The position numbers and the translations under genes were made by a program. A stretch of DNA of 64,000 nucleotides from Candidatus Omnitrophota bacterium (GTDB lineage Bacteria > Omnitrophota > Gorgyraeia > Gygaellales > JBFMHM01). Below the pieces are notes generated by a model. That model was not told the DNA's origin. It saw only the letters and a list, made by a program, of their open reading frames with translations, and did no database searches. Shown here piece after piece: positions 37,267 through 46,665 of the stretch. The stretch is taken from positions 10,853 through 74,852 of the forward strand of contig JBFMHM010000004.1 of NCBI GenBank assembly GCA_040753015.1. Direction: 5' to 3'. Position 1 is the stretch's first letter, and every line of letters starts with the position of its first letter.

Positions 37267-37977
37267 CTAATCGCATATAAACACGGGATGATCATCTATT
37301 GTAACCCAATGTCCTTCTGTACAGCGTATACGCGGCTTTTTACCTTCTTTTTGTTTTGAATTCTTATCTGCCGAGGATTTTTGTGCAAATTCAGCTTCAT
37401 AAAAGAGAACTTTCTCGATATATCCTCTTATCTCTTCTGCTTTATTTTTTGTAGCCCCCGCTGCCTCTAGAAATTCCTTCACATCATTCCATAATTGAGG
37501 ATTTTTGCCTTTTTCTTGTGCAAGATACTGAGCATCAGCGACGCGCCTTTGTCCACCATTATAAGCTCCAAGAACAAAATTTTTCCGTTCTAACGAATTT
37601 AGGACCGGAATAGTTTTTGAATCTTTTGTTAATATAGTTTCCTTAGCAAACATAGTATTAAGATCCTTTAGATATCTTGCCGCGGCGGACGAAGCATAAT
37701 CAATATCAAAACGTTGATCATTTTCTTTCGAAACAGTTAAATTGTATTCTTTAGCGGTAGCGGATTCAAAATGGAAATGACCTGCCGCAGCAGTAATGCC
37801 GCGTTTTCTTTGCTCCTTTCCAAAGCTACTTTCCTGGCCATATATAGCCTCGAGTGTATTTACTGTTAAAACATCATCATCATCAAAATGGCGTGATGCA
37901 TTTTCAAGCGCTTTACGACTATGTTCTGTCTCTAGTTTAAGCCATACATCCACATTAGAATTTTGTCTGTTTGCCAT
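37267..37977 (-). CDS. Lysozyme-like / SLT transglycosylase domain protein
   Basis: AIYGQESSFG (catalytic Glu), AAGHFHF, AARYL, GAYNGG; AAGGAG RBS. Confidence 0.8.
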   Translation of the reverse strand: MANRQNSNVDVWLKLETEHSRKALENASRHFDDDDVLTVNTLEAIYGQESSFGKEQRKRGITAAAGHFHFESATAKEYNLTVSKENDQRFDIDYASSAAARYLKDLNTMFAKETILTKDSKTIPVLNSLERKNFVLGAYNGGQRRVADAQYLAQEKGKNPQLWNDVKEFLEAAGATKNKAEEIRGYIEKVLFYEAEFAQKSSADKNSKQKEGKKPRIRCTEGHWVTIDDHPVFICD

Positions 37978-38016
37978 AGCTAGTATCTCCTTTTTGCATA
38001 AAATATAATGTCACTT

Positions 38017-38433
38017 TTATATATCAAATATAACTTGCGCTTGATAACCAGAATTTATTTTTTTTACAGAAAGCTCATGATAAGTTACAGCTTTAATCTC
38101 TTTATTTAATCGATGTTTTCCTAAATCAAGCTCTTCGCCAAAGGCCTCTGCTTCTAATTTTGTATCTGATATCTTTTTAATCTTAAAATCTTTAAGTATA
38201 ATCTCTTTAGCGCTAAATTGGTAAAGCAATTCCCTTAACCAGCTAATAAATAATTCTTCCAGATTAGACGCTTTTAGCTCGATGATAATCCTTTTGGTTG
38301 ACTTTACGCGACGTAATTCGGCAATATTATCAAATAACCCAACGGCGGCATTTATAAATAAATCTGTTAAATTCTTACCATAAACCCTTAACCCAAAATC
38401 CGCCGTATGTTCAATAAACTCGTATTTTTTCAT
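38017..38433 (-). CDS. Archease (start revised to ATG 38433)
   Basis: EHTAD, EIKAVTYH, C-terminal VIFDI. Confidence 0.93.
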   Translation of the reverse strand: MKKYEFIEHTADFGLRVYGKNLTDLFINAAVGLFDNIAELRRVKSTKRIIIELKASNLEELFISWLRELLYQFSAKEIILKDFKIKKISDTKLEAEAFGEELDLGKHRLNKEIKAVTYHELSVKKINSGYQAQVIFDI

Positions 38434-38440
38434 TATAATA

Positions 38441-38513
38441 TGGGCCATGCTGGAATCGAACCAGCAACCTTGACATTAAGAGTGTCCTGCTCTGCCAATT
38501 GAGCTAATGGCCC
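38441..38513 (-). tRNA. tRNA-Lys(CTT)
   Basis: Loop CT-CTT-AA, GGTTCGATTCC. Confidence 0.95.
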
Positions 38514-38552
38514 AAAAATATAAACTGCTTTTCTTAGCATTATAGCACAAAA

Positions 38553-38885
38553 TTAATAATTTTCCGCCACTACCTCATAATAACTTTGCGGATGTTTACA
38601 GGCAGGGCATTCTCTAGGGGCATCTGTGCCTTCAAAAATATAACCGCAATTAATACAATGCCATTTCATAGTAGTTTTCTTTTTAAAAACTTCATTACTA
38701 GCTATATTATTAATTAATTTACGATATCTGGATTCATGGAAATTTTCAACTTTTGCAATTTGCTCCAATCCTTCTTTTTTAGCTACTGATGCAAAATAAG
38801 CATACCTGTTTCTTGCCTGTGATTCACCGGCAAATGCAGCTAAAAGATTTTTTTCTGTCTTTGCACCTTTGATTGTTTTACTCAT
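38553..38885 (-). CDS. rbr: Rubrerythrin with an internal in-frame deletion (110 aa)
   Basis: AFAGESQARNRY N-terminus, ExxH, CINC/CPAC rubredoxin tail; middle helices absent. Confidence 0.75.
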   Translation of the reverse strand: MSKTIKGAKTEKNLLAAFAGESQARNRYAYFASVAKKEGLEQIAKVENFHESRYRKLINNIASNEVFKKKTTMKWHCINCGYIFEGTDAPRECPACKHPQSYYEVVAENY

Positions 38886-38949
38886 ACGACTCTCCTGGTA
38901 TAGCTTTAGTTATCGCGCCCGGTAGGTAGGAAACCAACCTCAAGTTTTA

Positions 38950-39022
38950 TGCGCCCAGGTGGAGTCGAACCACCAATAGCCAGTTCCGAAGACTGGTGCC
39001 TTATCCATTAGGCAATGGGCGC
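38950..39022 (-). tRNA. tRNA-Arg(TCG)
   Basis: Stem CCAGT/ACTGG, loop CT-TCG-GA. Confidence 0.93.
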
Positions 39023-39023
39023 A

Positions 39024-39734
39024 TTAAATAATTTCGCAATTTTTACCTAAGATTTTTTTAATTTTTTTCAACCGGCTTAAAGACACCAACTTTGCAATTG
39101 AATCTTTTGGCTTTCTAATTGGCGAATTCAATTGAATTCTATCTGGCTGTATTTCTTCAATAACTTTTTTTAACTGTCTTGCATAATCTAAACTATCATT
39201 TAAATCTTTTAAAATCATTACCTCAAGCCAGATTTCTCCTTTAAATTCTTGACGAAATTTAATTAGCCCGTTAATAATATCCTTTATTTTTATCCCAAAA
39301 ACTGGTTTATCAATCTCTTTAAATATTTTTTCATCAATTGCATCTAAGGATGGCACAACTAAATTTGCACCTAACAATGCCTTCCTAATAATTCTATCGC
39401 CAAATAATGATGAATTAGTTATAACACATATTGGAATATCTGTAATTTTTTTAATTTCTTGAATAAGTCGTCCAAATTTTAAATTTAAAGTTGGCTCACC
39501 ATAACCAGAAAAAGAAATATAGTTGGGAATTTTTTTTGCAGTCTTTAGATATTGTTTTAGCTCGGCAAGAATATCTTTAATCTTAACATATTCTTTTTGC
39601 TTTGTTGTGAGTTTTGTAGTTTTTCCCAGCTGGCAATAAATACAATCAAAGCTGCATATCTTATAAGGAGTTAAAGTTATGCCAAGAGATAGACCAAGAC
39701 GACGAGAATGAAGCGGGCCATAAAGATATTTCAT
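39024..39734 (-). CDS. Radical SAM protein (COG0731-like)
   Basis: SRRLGLSLG, CSFDCIYC, GEPTL. Confidence 0.88.
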   Translation of the reverse strand: MKYLYGPLHSRRLGLSLGITLTPYKICSFDCIYCQLGKTTKLTTKQKEYVKIKDILAELKQYLKTAKKIPNYISFSGYGEPTLNLKFGRLIQEIKKITDIPICVITNSSLFGDRIIRKALLGANLVVPSLDAIDEKIFKEIDKPVFGIKIKDIINGLIKFRQEFKGEIWLEVMILKDLNDSLDYARQLKKVIEEIQPDRIQLNSPIRKPKDSIAKLVSLSRLKKIKKILGKNCEII

Positions 39735-40534
39735 ATTGCAACTATCGAAATATTAAATTTATCTGCGAGGTTAATACAAGCTTGTTTATCTAAAACAAGC
39801 GTCTTATCTGCTTCTATCGCAAGGCATGATACCTTCGCCTTGATTAAATTCTTTATTGTGCCTAGACCTACTACCGGAATATCAAAACGCATATCTTGAT
39901 TGGGCTTTGCTGTTTTTACAACGGTAAAACTGCCTCTTGAAATAAAACCTGCCCGTCTGATTGTAGCATCAGTCCCCTCAATTGCCTCAACTGCAATTAC
40001 TGTTTTATTTTTTACGCACACAGTCTGCCCTATATCAACTTCGCCAATTATTTTTGCGGCGTTTTTGCCAAATTCAATATCTTCTTGTTCTTCTAATATT
40101 GGAGATTTTTTTGTAAGAATGCCTTTTTGTGGAATATGATCTTGCAAATATAGCCGAGAATCTAAAAGTTCAATTCCTGCATTTTTTAACATATCACATA
40201 CACTAGAAAATATTGCATCAGCCTGACGCTTTTTTACAGATGCCAATAATGTTTTTATAAATTCGCTTTCTAATATTTTTTTATTAAATAAATGCCGTGG
40301 GTTAACTTGTCCGGACATAACTGCTTTTTGAATATTCTCTTTTTTAAATATTTCAATAATCTTTGGAAATTCGCATACGCTTATCCAGTAAAATTTACTA
40401 GATCTATTTTTAACTTGCTTATCTGTATCGCCTTTTATGCCAATAGTTACAACTTCAACATTTCGCTTAGATGCTTCTTCCAAAAAAAGCAAAGGAAATC
40501 TTCTATTGCCGGCAATTAAACCAATTCTTTCCAT
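39731..40534 (-). CDS. lpxI: UDP-2,3-diacylglucosamine diphosphatase LpxI
   Basis: DIGQTV, EAIEGTD, QDMRFDIP. Confidence 0.93.
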   Translation of the reverse strand: MERIGLIAGNRRFPLLFLEEASKRNVEVVTIGIKGDTDKQVKNRSSKFYWISVCEFPKIIEIFKKENIQKAVMSGQVNPRHLFNKKILESEFIKTLLASVKKRQADAIFSSVCDMLKNAGIELLDSRLYLQDHIPQKGILTKKSPILEEQEDIEFGKNAAKIIGEVDIGQTVCVKNKTVIAVEAIEGTDATIRRAGFISRGSFTVVKTAKPNQDMRFDIPVVGLGTIKNLIKAKVSCLAIEADKTLVLDKQACINLADKFNISIVAI

Positions 40535-40542
40535 ATGATTAA

Positions 40543-41310
40543 TTATTTACAGATACCACGCTTTGAATTACGGACAAATTCAATTAAATTTTTAATCTCG
40601 GTGTGGAATGGCAACTCGCTTTGGACTTGCTCAATAGCATGTGATAGGTTCAACCCTTCGAAAAATAATATCTTAAATGCCTTTTTTAAATCAGCGATAA
40701 TCTCATTTTTGATACCAGCACGCCGTAAGCCAACTAAATTCACATTAAAAACTTTTGTCGGATGCCCATCGCAAACAGAATAAGGAGGAACGTCCTGAAC
40801 AACCTTAGAACAACCTCCAATAATTGACATTGTGCCAACTCTCGTAAATTGATGTATTGCAACAAGCCCGCCAATAACCGCACGGTCTTCGATTTCAACA
40901 TGTCCGGCTAAAGTACCCACATTTGCAATTATGCAATGGCTTCCTATAACGCAATCGTGAGCAACATGAGAATATGCCATAAATAAATTACTGTTTCCAA
41001 TGCTAGTAGTACCTTTATCTATTGTACCTAAATTGACTGTAACGAATTCACGAAATATATTGTTGTCACCAATAACGAGTTTTGTATCCTCTCCGTTATA
41101 CTTTAAATCTTGCGGAATACTACCAATTGAAGCACAAGAGAAAATTTTACAATTAGCACCAATAGTTGTATTTCCAGAAATTGTACAGGAATTAGCAATT
41201 TGTGTATTTGGGCCAATTTTAACATTCTCGCCAATTACTGTATAAGGCCCAACGCTTACGCCAAAGGCAAGATAAGCTTTTTTATGTATTATGGCTGTCT
41301 TATCTATCAT
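40543..41310 (-). CDS. lpxA: UDP-GlcNAc O-acyltransferase
   Basis: PQDLKY, HVAHDC, LAGHV, HQF. Confidence 0.96.
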   Translation of the reverse strand: MIDKTAIIHKKAYLAFGVSVGPYTVIGENVKIGPNTQIANSCTISGNTTIGANCKIFSCASIGSIPQDLKYNGEDTKLVIGDNNIFREFVTVNLGTIDKGTTSIGNSNLFMAYSHVAHDCVIGSHCIIANVGTLAGHVEIEDRAVIGGLVAIHQFTRVGTMSIIGGCSKVVQDVPPYSVCDGHPTKVFNVNLVGLRRAGIKNEIIADLKKAFKILFFEGLNLSHAIEQVQSELPFHTEIKNLIEFVRNSKRGICK

Positions 41311-41311
41311 A

Positions 41312-42646
41312 TTATTGATCAACTAACGCAAACATCAAATCTGCTTCTGCAACAACCTTACCGTCTACCGTAGCCTTTGTAAATACCTGGCCTGTTCTTG
41401 AACGTATTTTACCAACATTGACTTCCATAACCAACGTATCCCCCGGTAAGACTGTTTTTCTAAATTTTATATTATTAGCCGCTAAGAAAAAAGCAAGTTT
41501 TCCTCGATTTTCCTCCGGGGCAAGCATTAAAACTCCGCCAACTTGCGCCATAGCCTCGACCAATAATACACCAGGCATAATTGGATTACCTGGAAAATGC
41601 CCGGTAAAAAAATTTTCATTCATTGTAACATTTTTTATCCCGATGGCACGCTTGCCCTTTTCCAAATGGATAATCTTATCTACCAATAGAAATGGGTAAC
41701 GATGAGGAAGGATCTTCATTATTTGACTAGCATTCAAAGGGTTATTTCTATCAATATTTTCTTTTATATTATAATTTGCCTTTATGGCTGCCGAATCAAA
41801 CCTATCTTTCTGTGCTTTTAACTTCATTAAAAACTTAATGTTTAACGCATGGCCGCTTTTTAAAGCAAAGATATTAGCTTTTAAAGGTAACTCAAAAATT
41901 CTTAAATCCCCGATTAGATCCATAACTTTATGCCTTACACATTCATCATTAAATCTTAGCTCATTATCAATTACACCATTCTTTCCAAGAACAAGTGTAT
42001 TTTTATAATTTGCGCCCTTACCAAAACCACTTTTTAAAAGGCCCTCTGCTTCTGACTCAAGACAAAAAGTGCGAGCACTTGCGATATCTTTTCTAAATGA
42101 ATCTGTATTCAATCTATATTCTAAATATTGTGAAGTTAATAACGGATGATTATAACTTAAAGTATAACAAATATGTAAAGAGTCCGACGGAAAAGCAACA
42201 ATAAAAGAATTTCCTTCTTCTACCCAAACCGGCTCTTTAAGAGTAAAATATTGTTTTCCTTCGCTCTGATCAACAATACCGCATTTCTCTAAAATATCAA
42301 AAAAATCTTTAGAACTTCCGTCCATTCCAGGAATTTCATTATTATCAATTTCGATAAATATATTATCAATCTCTAGCGCAGCAATAGCGGAAAGTAAGTG
42401 CTCAATTGTAAATATTTCTACAGAATCTTTGGTAATCGATGAACGTCTTAGGCTGCCGCTTGAATTAGGACCTGATAAATTATCGACGCAAACTTTAATT
42501 ATTATTTTTTCAGAATGATCTACTCTAATAAAATTAATCCCAGAATTAACTGGGGCAGGCTTAAATTTGATGTTTGTAATATTTCCGGTATGTAACCCAA
42601 TACCCGATAACGCAGCTTCTTTTTTTATTGTCTTTTGTAAAATCAT
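41312..42646 (-). CDS. lpxC: Bifunctional LpxC/FabZ
   Basis: TIEHLLS, RHKVMDLIGD, GHALN; C-terminal LPHRYPFL, GHFPGNPIMPGV. Confidence 0.95.
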   Translation of the reverse strand: MILQKTIKKEAALSGIGLHTGNITNIKFKPAPVNSGINFIRVDHSEKIIIKVCVDNLSGPNSSGSLRRSSITKDSVEIFTIEHLLSAIAALEIDNIFIEIDNNEIPGMDGSSKDFFDILEKCGIVDQSEGKQYFTLKEPVWVEEGNSFIVAFPSDSLHICYTLSYNHPLLTSQYLEYRLNTDSFRKDIASARTFCLESEAEGLLKSGFGKGANYKNTLVLGKNGVIDNELRFNDECVRHKVMDLIGDLRIFELPLKANIFALKSGHALNIKFLMKLKAQKDRFDSAAIKANYNIKENIDRNNPLNASQIMKILPHRYPFLLVDKIIHLEKGKRAIGIKNVTMNENFFTGHFPGNPIMPGVLLVEAMAQVGGVLMLAPEENRGKLAFFLAANNIKFRKTVLPGDTLVMEVNVGKIRSRTGQVFTKATVDGKVVAEADLMFALVDQ

Positions 42647-42647
42647 A

Positions 42648-43694
42648 TTATTTTCCCAAAGGCGGATTATCTTCTAAAGCCTTTAATCTTTTCTCTAAAT
42701 CTTCAATTTTTTTGTAGGCTTCTGGGAGCTTCTGAACGCAGGCATCAACACGCAAGGCAATATTATGCGGTCTGGCTGGATAACCAGAAACTTTTGTATT
42801 ACTTGGGACTGATTTCGTGATTCCTGCTTGAGCGGCGAGTATTGCATTATCGCCCACTTCAATATGGCCGACTAACCCAGCCTGGCCAGCAATAATTACA
42901 TTATTCCCAATCTTCGTTGAACCAGAAATCCCCGCCTGCGCAATTATAATTGAATTTTCGCCAATAATTACATTGTGAGCAATCTGAACTAGGTTATCTA
43001 TTTTTGTACCGCGCCCAATAATTGTTTTATCAAAACGCGCACGGTCAATTGTGACGTTTGCCCCGATATCAACATCATCTTCGATAACAACAGTTCCTAC
43101 CTGAGGAATACGATGATGAACACCTCCTACATTAACATATCCAAAACCATCTGCTCCAATTACTGTACCACTATGAATAATAACATTATTACCTATTAAA
43201 ATATCTTCCCTAATCGTGACATTTGAATAAATAATACTATTTTTACCAATTTTTGTATTATGGCCAATATAACAACCTGGGTAGATTACAGAATTGTTGC
43301 CAATTTCCACACCATTTTCAATTACAGAGTATGCACCAATACCAATATCTTTACCTAATACAACATTTTTTCCTAATAAAACACTATTGTGTATATTTTT
43401 TGGATGAGCTAAAGAAGAAGGATAAATCAAAGAAACTAATTTTGCAAATGCAAGTGATGGATTATTGGTCTGAATAATTGGTTTTGTAGCCTCTTTAACA
43501 TCAAAAGAAGTAATAACTGCTGCGGCTCTTGTTGTATTAATCAAAGAAGCATATCTAGGATTAGCTAAAAAAGAAATCTCGCTCTCATTAGCTTCCTCAA
43601 TCCCGCGTACGCCGGTAATAATTATATCTGGGCTACCTATAAGATTGCCTTCTAAGATTTCCGCAATCTCTCTTAATGTCTTGTTAAATTTCAT
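42648..43694 (-). CDS. lpxD: UDP-3-O-acylglucosamine N-acyltransferase
   Basis: GADGFGY, TIDRA, KIDNLVQIAHN. Confidence 0.96.
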   Translation of the reverse strand: MKFNKTLREIAEILEGNLIGSPDIIITGVRGIEEANESEISFLANPRYASLINTTRAAAVITSFDVKEATKPIIQTNNPSLAFAKLVSLIYPSSLAHPKNIHNSVLLGKNVVLGKDIGIGAYSVIENGVEIGNNSVIYPGCYIGHNTKIGKNSIIYSNVTIREDILIGNNVIIHSGTVIGADGFGYVNVGGVHHRIPQVGTVVIEDDVDIGANVTIDRARFDKTIIGRGTKIDNLVQIAHNVIIGENSIIIAQAGISGSTKIGNNVIIAGQAGLVGHIEVGDNAILAAQAGITKSVPSNTKVSGYPARPHNIALRVDACVQKLPEAYKKIEDLEKRLKALEDNPPLGK

Positions 43695-43705
43695 CGACAA
43701 AAAGA

Positions 43706-44230
43706 TTATTTTTTACTACCCTTGGAAGACCCGCTATTTTTAACATTCAATTTTTTCAAAATAGCATCAGTAACTTCTAATTTTTTATCAGCGTAAAGAA
43801 GTGCCCGGTCGTGGAAAATAATTGTATATCCCTCACTAACCGCATAATCATTAATAACTTTTGTGATGTCTTCAACGATTTCTTTCCTCTTTTCAAAATC
43901 TTCTTTACGTAAATCGAGTTGCTTCTGTTGATCAAACGTATCTAAAGCTTTTGCTTTATTTTCAATCTCATTTTTCTTGGCTTCTTTTTCTTTATCACTA
44001 AGCAAACTTAATTTATTTTGTATTTCTTTTATCTCATCTACCTTTTTATTGCGTTCGGTTTCATAATCTTTTAACTTTACTTCCATAAGGGAAATATGCT
44101 GCTTTGTTTTATCGTATTCATTAATCAGCTTCTCTGAATCTACATAACCAAATTTCATCTCTGCAAAAGCCGATGTTGAAATTATACCCAAAAATAATAT
44201 CACAATAACAATACTAAATATTTTTTTCAT
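43706..44230 (-). CDS. skp: OmpH/Skp periplasmic chaperone
   Basis: Signal peptide, KFGYVD, coiled coil; lies between bamA and lpxD. Confidence 0.88.
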   Translation of the reverse strand: MKKIFSIVIVILFLGIISTSAFAEMKFGYVDSEKLINEYDKTKQHISLMEVKLKDYETERNKKVDEIKEIQNKLSLLSDKEKEAKKNEIENKAKALDTFDQQKQLDLRKEDFEKRKEIVEDITKVINDYAVSEGYTIIFHDRALLYADKKLEVTDAILKKLNVKNSGSSKGSKK

Positions 44231-44247
44231 TCTTATATCCTCCTTTT

Positions 44248-46614
44248 TTAGAAACTCGAACCCATACTAAAATGAAATTTACCAGATCTTTTCTCTTCAC
44301 CCGGTTCAAGATTTAATGGATAACCATAATCAATTCTAACCGGCCCCATCGGCGTCTTTACACGAAGACCAACGCCTATACCTGATCTAAAATGCCCAGA
44401 GCCAAAATTTTCAACCTTTTCCCAAACATTACCTATATCATAAAATGCAGCTCCCTTTACGAATTGAAATATAGGAAAAATATATTCGATATTACCTACC
44501 ATAATTGCTTCACCACCGATAGGTTCATCGGTTTGAGGATCAATAGGGCCGACTTTTCTCTCATGGTAACCTCTTATTGTATCTGAACCTCCGGCAAAAT
44601 AACGCTCGTAAATTGGTACCTCGTCAGAATCACCAAAAGAATTTGCTATTCCAGCCATCAACCTCAATTCTAAAACAGTGACCTTGATAATTGGAAAATA
44701 TTGTTTAAATGTAGCGCGTGTTTTAACAAAATTCTTAGTTCCTCCCCAAGGCCCACCAGCTGTCTCAACGTTACCACCTAAATAAGTCCCTTTCATAGGA
44801 TTTAAAATATTATCGCGATTATCAAAAGCAGCGCCTAAAGTCATGCTACTTATTCTATTATTTCCCTCTTCTTTCTTTAGCTCATTACCCGCGTTAGTAT
44901 CAACATCTTTTATCTTTATATTTTCTAATTTATAAGTTAACCCTGCACTTATATATTCTGTTATATCCTTACTAAACCGCACATCGCCACCGACCCTATT
45001 TTCATTATAGGCATATCCTGTACTAGAATCCTTGCTATGAGTCCATTTATAAACATCAAAACCAAAAGACAAAGGATAATCAAAAATCCAGGGTTCTGTA
45101 AAACTTAAATTAAAATTATTAGTAACCGAACCTGCCTCTGCGCGTAATTTTAAATTCTGCCCATCACCTGTGAAGTAAGGAAAATTTTTCCAATCAAAAT
45201 TCTTTTGCTCAACTTCTATAAAACCAACTAATTTATCAACCGTACTATACCCGCCTCCAACACTAAACTGCCCGGTCTTTGATTCTTTAACCTCTACAAC
45301 TAAATTTTTCTTATCCTCAACATTGCTATTCTCTGTATCGAAATTAACCTCTTCAAAAAATCCTAAGTTTTGTAGGCGTTCACGGCTCCTGCGTATTTTT
45401 GACCCATCAAAACGATCTCCAGGATAAAGCCTTAATTCCCGTCTTATAACGACGTCTTTTGTCTTAGTATTACCTTTAACCTTAACTAAATTAACATATG
45501 CTATATCATTTTCGATAATAACATATTTTATATCGACGAGGCCTGTCTTTGGGCTAACGTTGACTGTATCAGTTATTTTTACAGAAATATAACCCTTGTC
45601 ATAATACATCTGTTGAATTATAAACACATCCTCCCGCATTGCATCTTGACTATAAACCTTACCTGGTATACAATTTTCCAGTTTTTTACGAATCTGATCT
45701 GTAGTAAAAACTTTATTCCCTTCGATAATAATATCCCCAGTCAAATATTTTTTGCCTTCATTAATCACTATTGTAATATCGATAAATGTCCGCCCATTTA
45801 TCAAAGTAGGCTCGACTTTAGAATCTACTTCAACATCGCTAAAACCTTCTCTTTGATAGAACATTTTGACTCTCTCAAGATCCTCGTCCAACTCAATTTC
45901 TTTCAATATACCCATACGTAGCAAAAATATATTTGCTGGCTTTGTTTTCATAAGCTCAAGCAATTTATTAGATTTTATTGAATTATTACCTTCAAATTTA
46001 ACTGAACGTATTTTTGCCTTTAATCCTTCTTCAATAGTAATAATAACTTTCGCTTTATTCGAAGTTTTATCTACTTCGGCATTTGGAATAACCGAAACAT
46101 CCGGATACCCTCTTTTAACATATAAATCCTTAATTGTATCTACATCCAAATTAAGTTGTGAATAATCGAGGTATGCGCCCTTTCTCAGCATAATAGAATC
46201 TTCAATCTTTTTCCTTGGCAATATCCTAGAGCCAACAATTTTAAATTCATCGATCAATGGTTTTTCTACAACTGTAAAAATTATCTTAATTTTATCAGAT
46301 GCAATATTTTCTGTGTCTACATTTACTTCGCTAAAATAACCTGAAGAATAAAGACGTTTAATATCATCGCTAATGACTAGTTCAACATACGGCTGATTCA
46401 CTCTTGTTTTGATTTTCGAAAGTATATTTTCTTCAGAAATTGAAGTATTACCTTGAATTTTAATCTCAGAAACGATTGGCCCATCTTGAGCAACGGCTTC
46501 TGATGCCTGCGCCTGGGTAACTAATAATGAATCACTGGATTCTTCTTGTCCATATACACAAGAAGAGAATAAAACTAAGGCTAGAATTAGGAAAAAGAAT
46601 ATATTTTTTTTCAT
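44248..46614 (-). CDS. bamA: Outer membrane protein assembly factor BamA
   Basis: POTRA repeats (GN..T.D.VIRRE), IRGY, TPMGPVRIDYG, C-terminal F. Confidence 0.95.
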   Translation of the reverse strand: MKKNIFFFLILALVLFSSCVYGQEESSDSLLVTQAQASEAVAQDGPIVSEIKIQGNTSISEENILSKIKTRVNQPYVELVISDDIKRLYSSGYFSEVNVDTENIASDKIKIIFTVVEKPLIDEFKIVGSRILPRKKIEDSIMLRKGAYLDYSQLNLDVDTIKDLYVKRGYPDVSVIPNAEVDKTSNKAKVIITIEEGLKAKIRSVKFEGNNSIKSNKLLELMKTKPANIFLLRMGILKEIELDEDLERVKMFYQREGFSDVEVDSKVEPTLINGRTFIDITIVINEGKKYLTGDIIIEGNKVFTTDQIRKKLENCIPGKVYSQDAMREDVFIIQQMYYDKGYISVKITDTVNVSPKTGLVDIKYVIIENDIAYVNLVKVKGNTKTKDVVIRRELRLYPGDRFDGSKIRRSRERLQNLGFFEEVNFDTENSNVEDKKNLVVEVKESKTGQFSVGGGYSTVDKLVGFIEVEQKNFDWKNFPYFTGDGQNLKLRAEAGSVTNNFNLSFTEPWIFDYPLSFGFDVYKWTHSKDSSTGYAYNENRVGGDVRFSKDITEYISAGLTYKLENIKIKDVDTNAGNELKKEEGNNRISSMTLGAAFDNRDNILNPMKGTYLGGNVETAGGPWGGTKNFVKTRATFKQYFPIIKVTVLELRLMAGIANSFGDSDEVPIYERYFAGGSDTIRGYHERKVGPIDPQTDEPIGGEAIMVGNIEYIFPIFQFVKGAAFYDIGNVWEKVENFGSGHFRSGIGVGLRVKTPMGPVRIDYGYPLNLEPGEEKRSGKFHFSMGSSF

Positions 46615-46636
46615 TAATTAAATAATTTAAGATTAT

Positions 46637-46665
46637 ATTATATTAAATAAAAATAATAAAGTCAA
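46637..46665 (-). promoter_or_regulatory. Sigma70 promoter for bamA (TTGACT-17-TATAAT)
   Basis: -35 at 46665-46660, -10 at 46642-46637; AT-rich context lowers certainty. Confidence 0.6.

Noticed and set aside
25834-38926. 13-kb prophage/island bounded by tRNA-Arg 3' repeats
   Set aside because: The interval holds core genes (serS, tRNAs, yqeY), there is no integrase, and the repeat is only 15 bp with a mismatch
41312-42646. LpxC-FabZ fusion as a novelty
   Set aside because: Well known in Bacteroidota, Chlorobiota and PVC-related lineages
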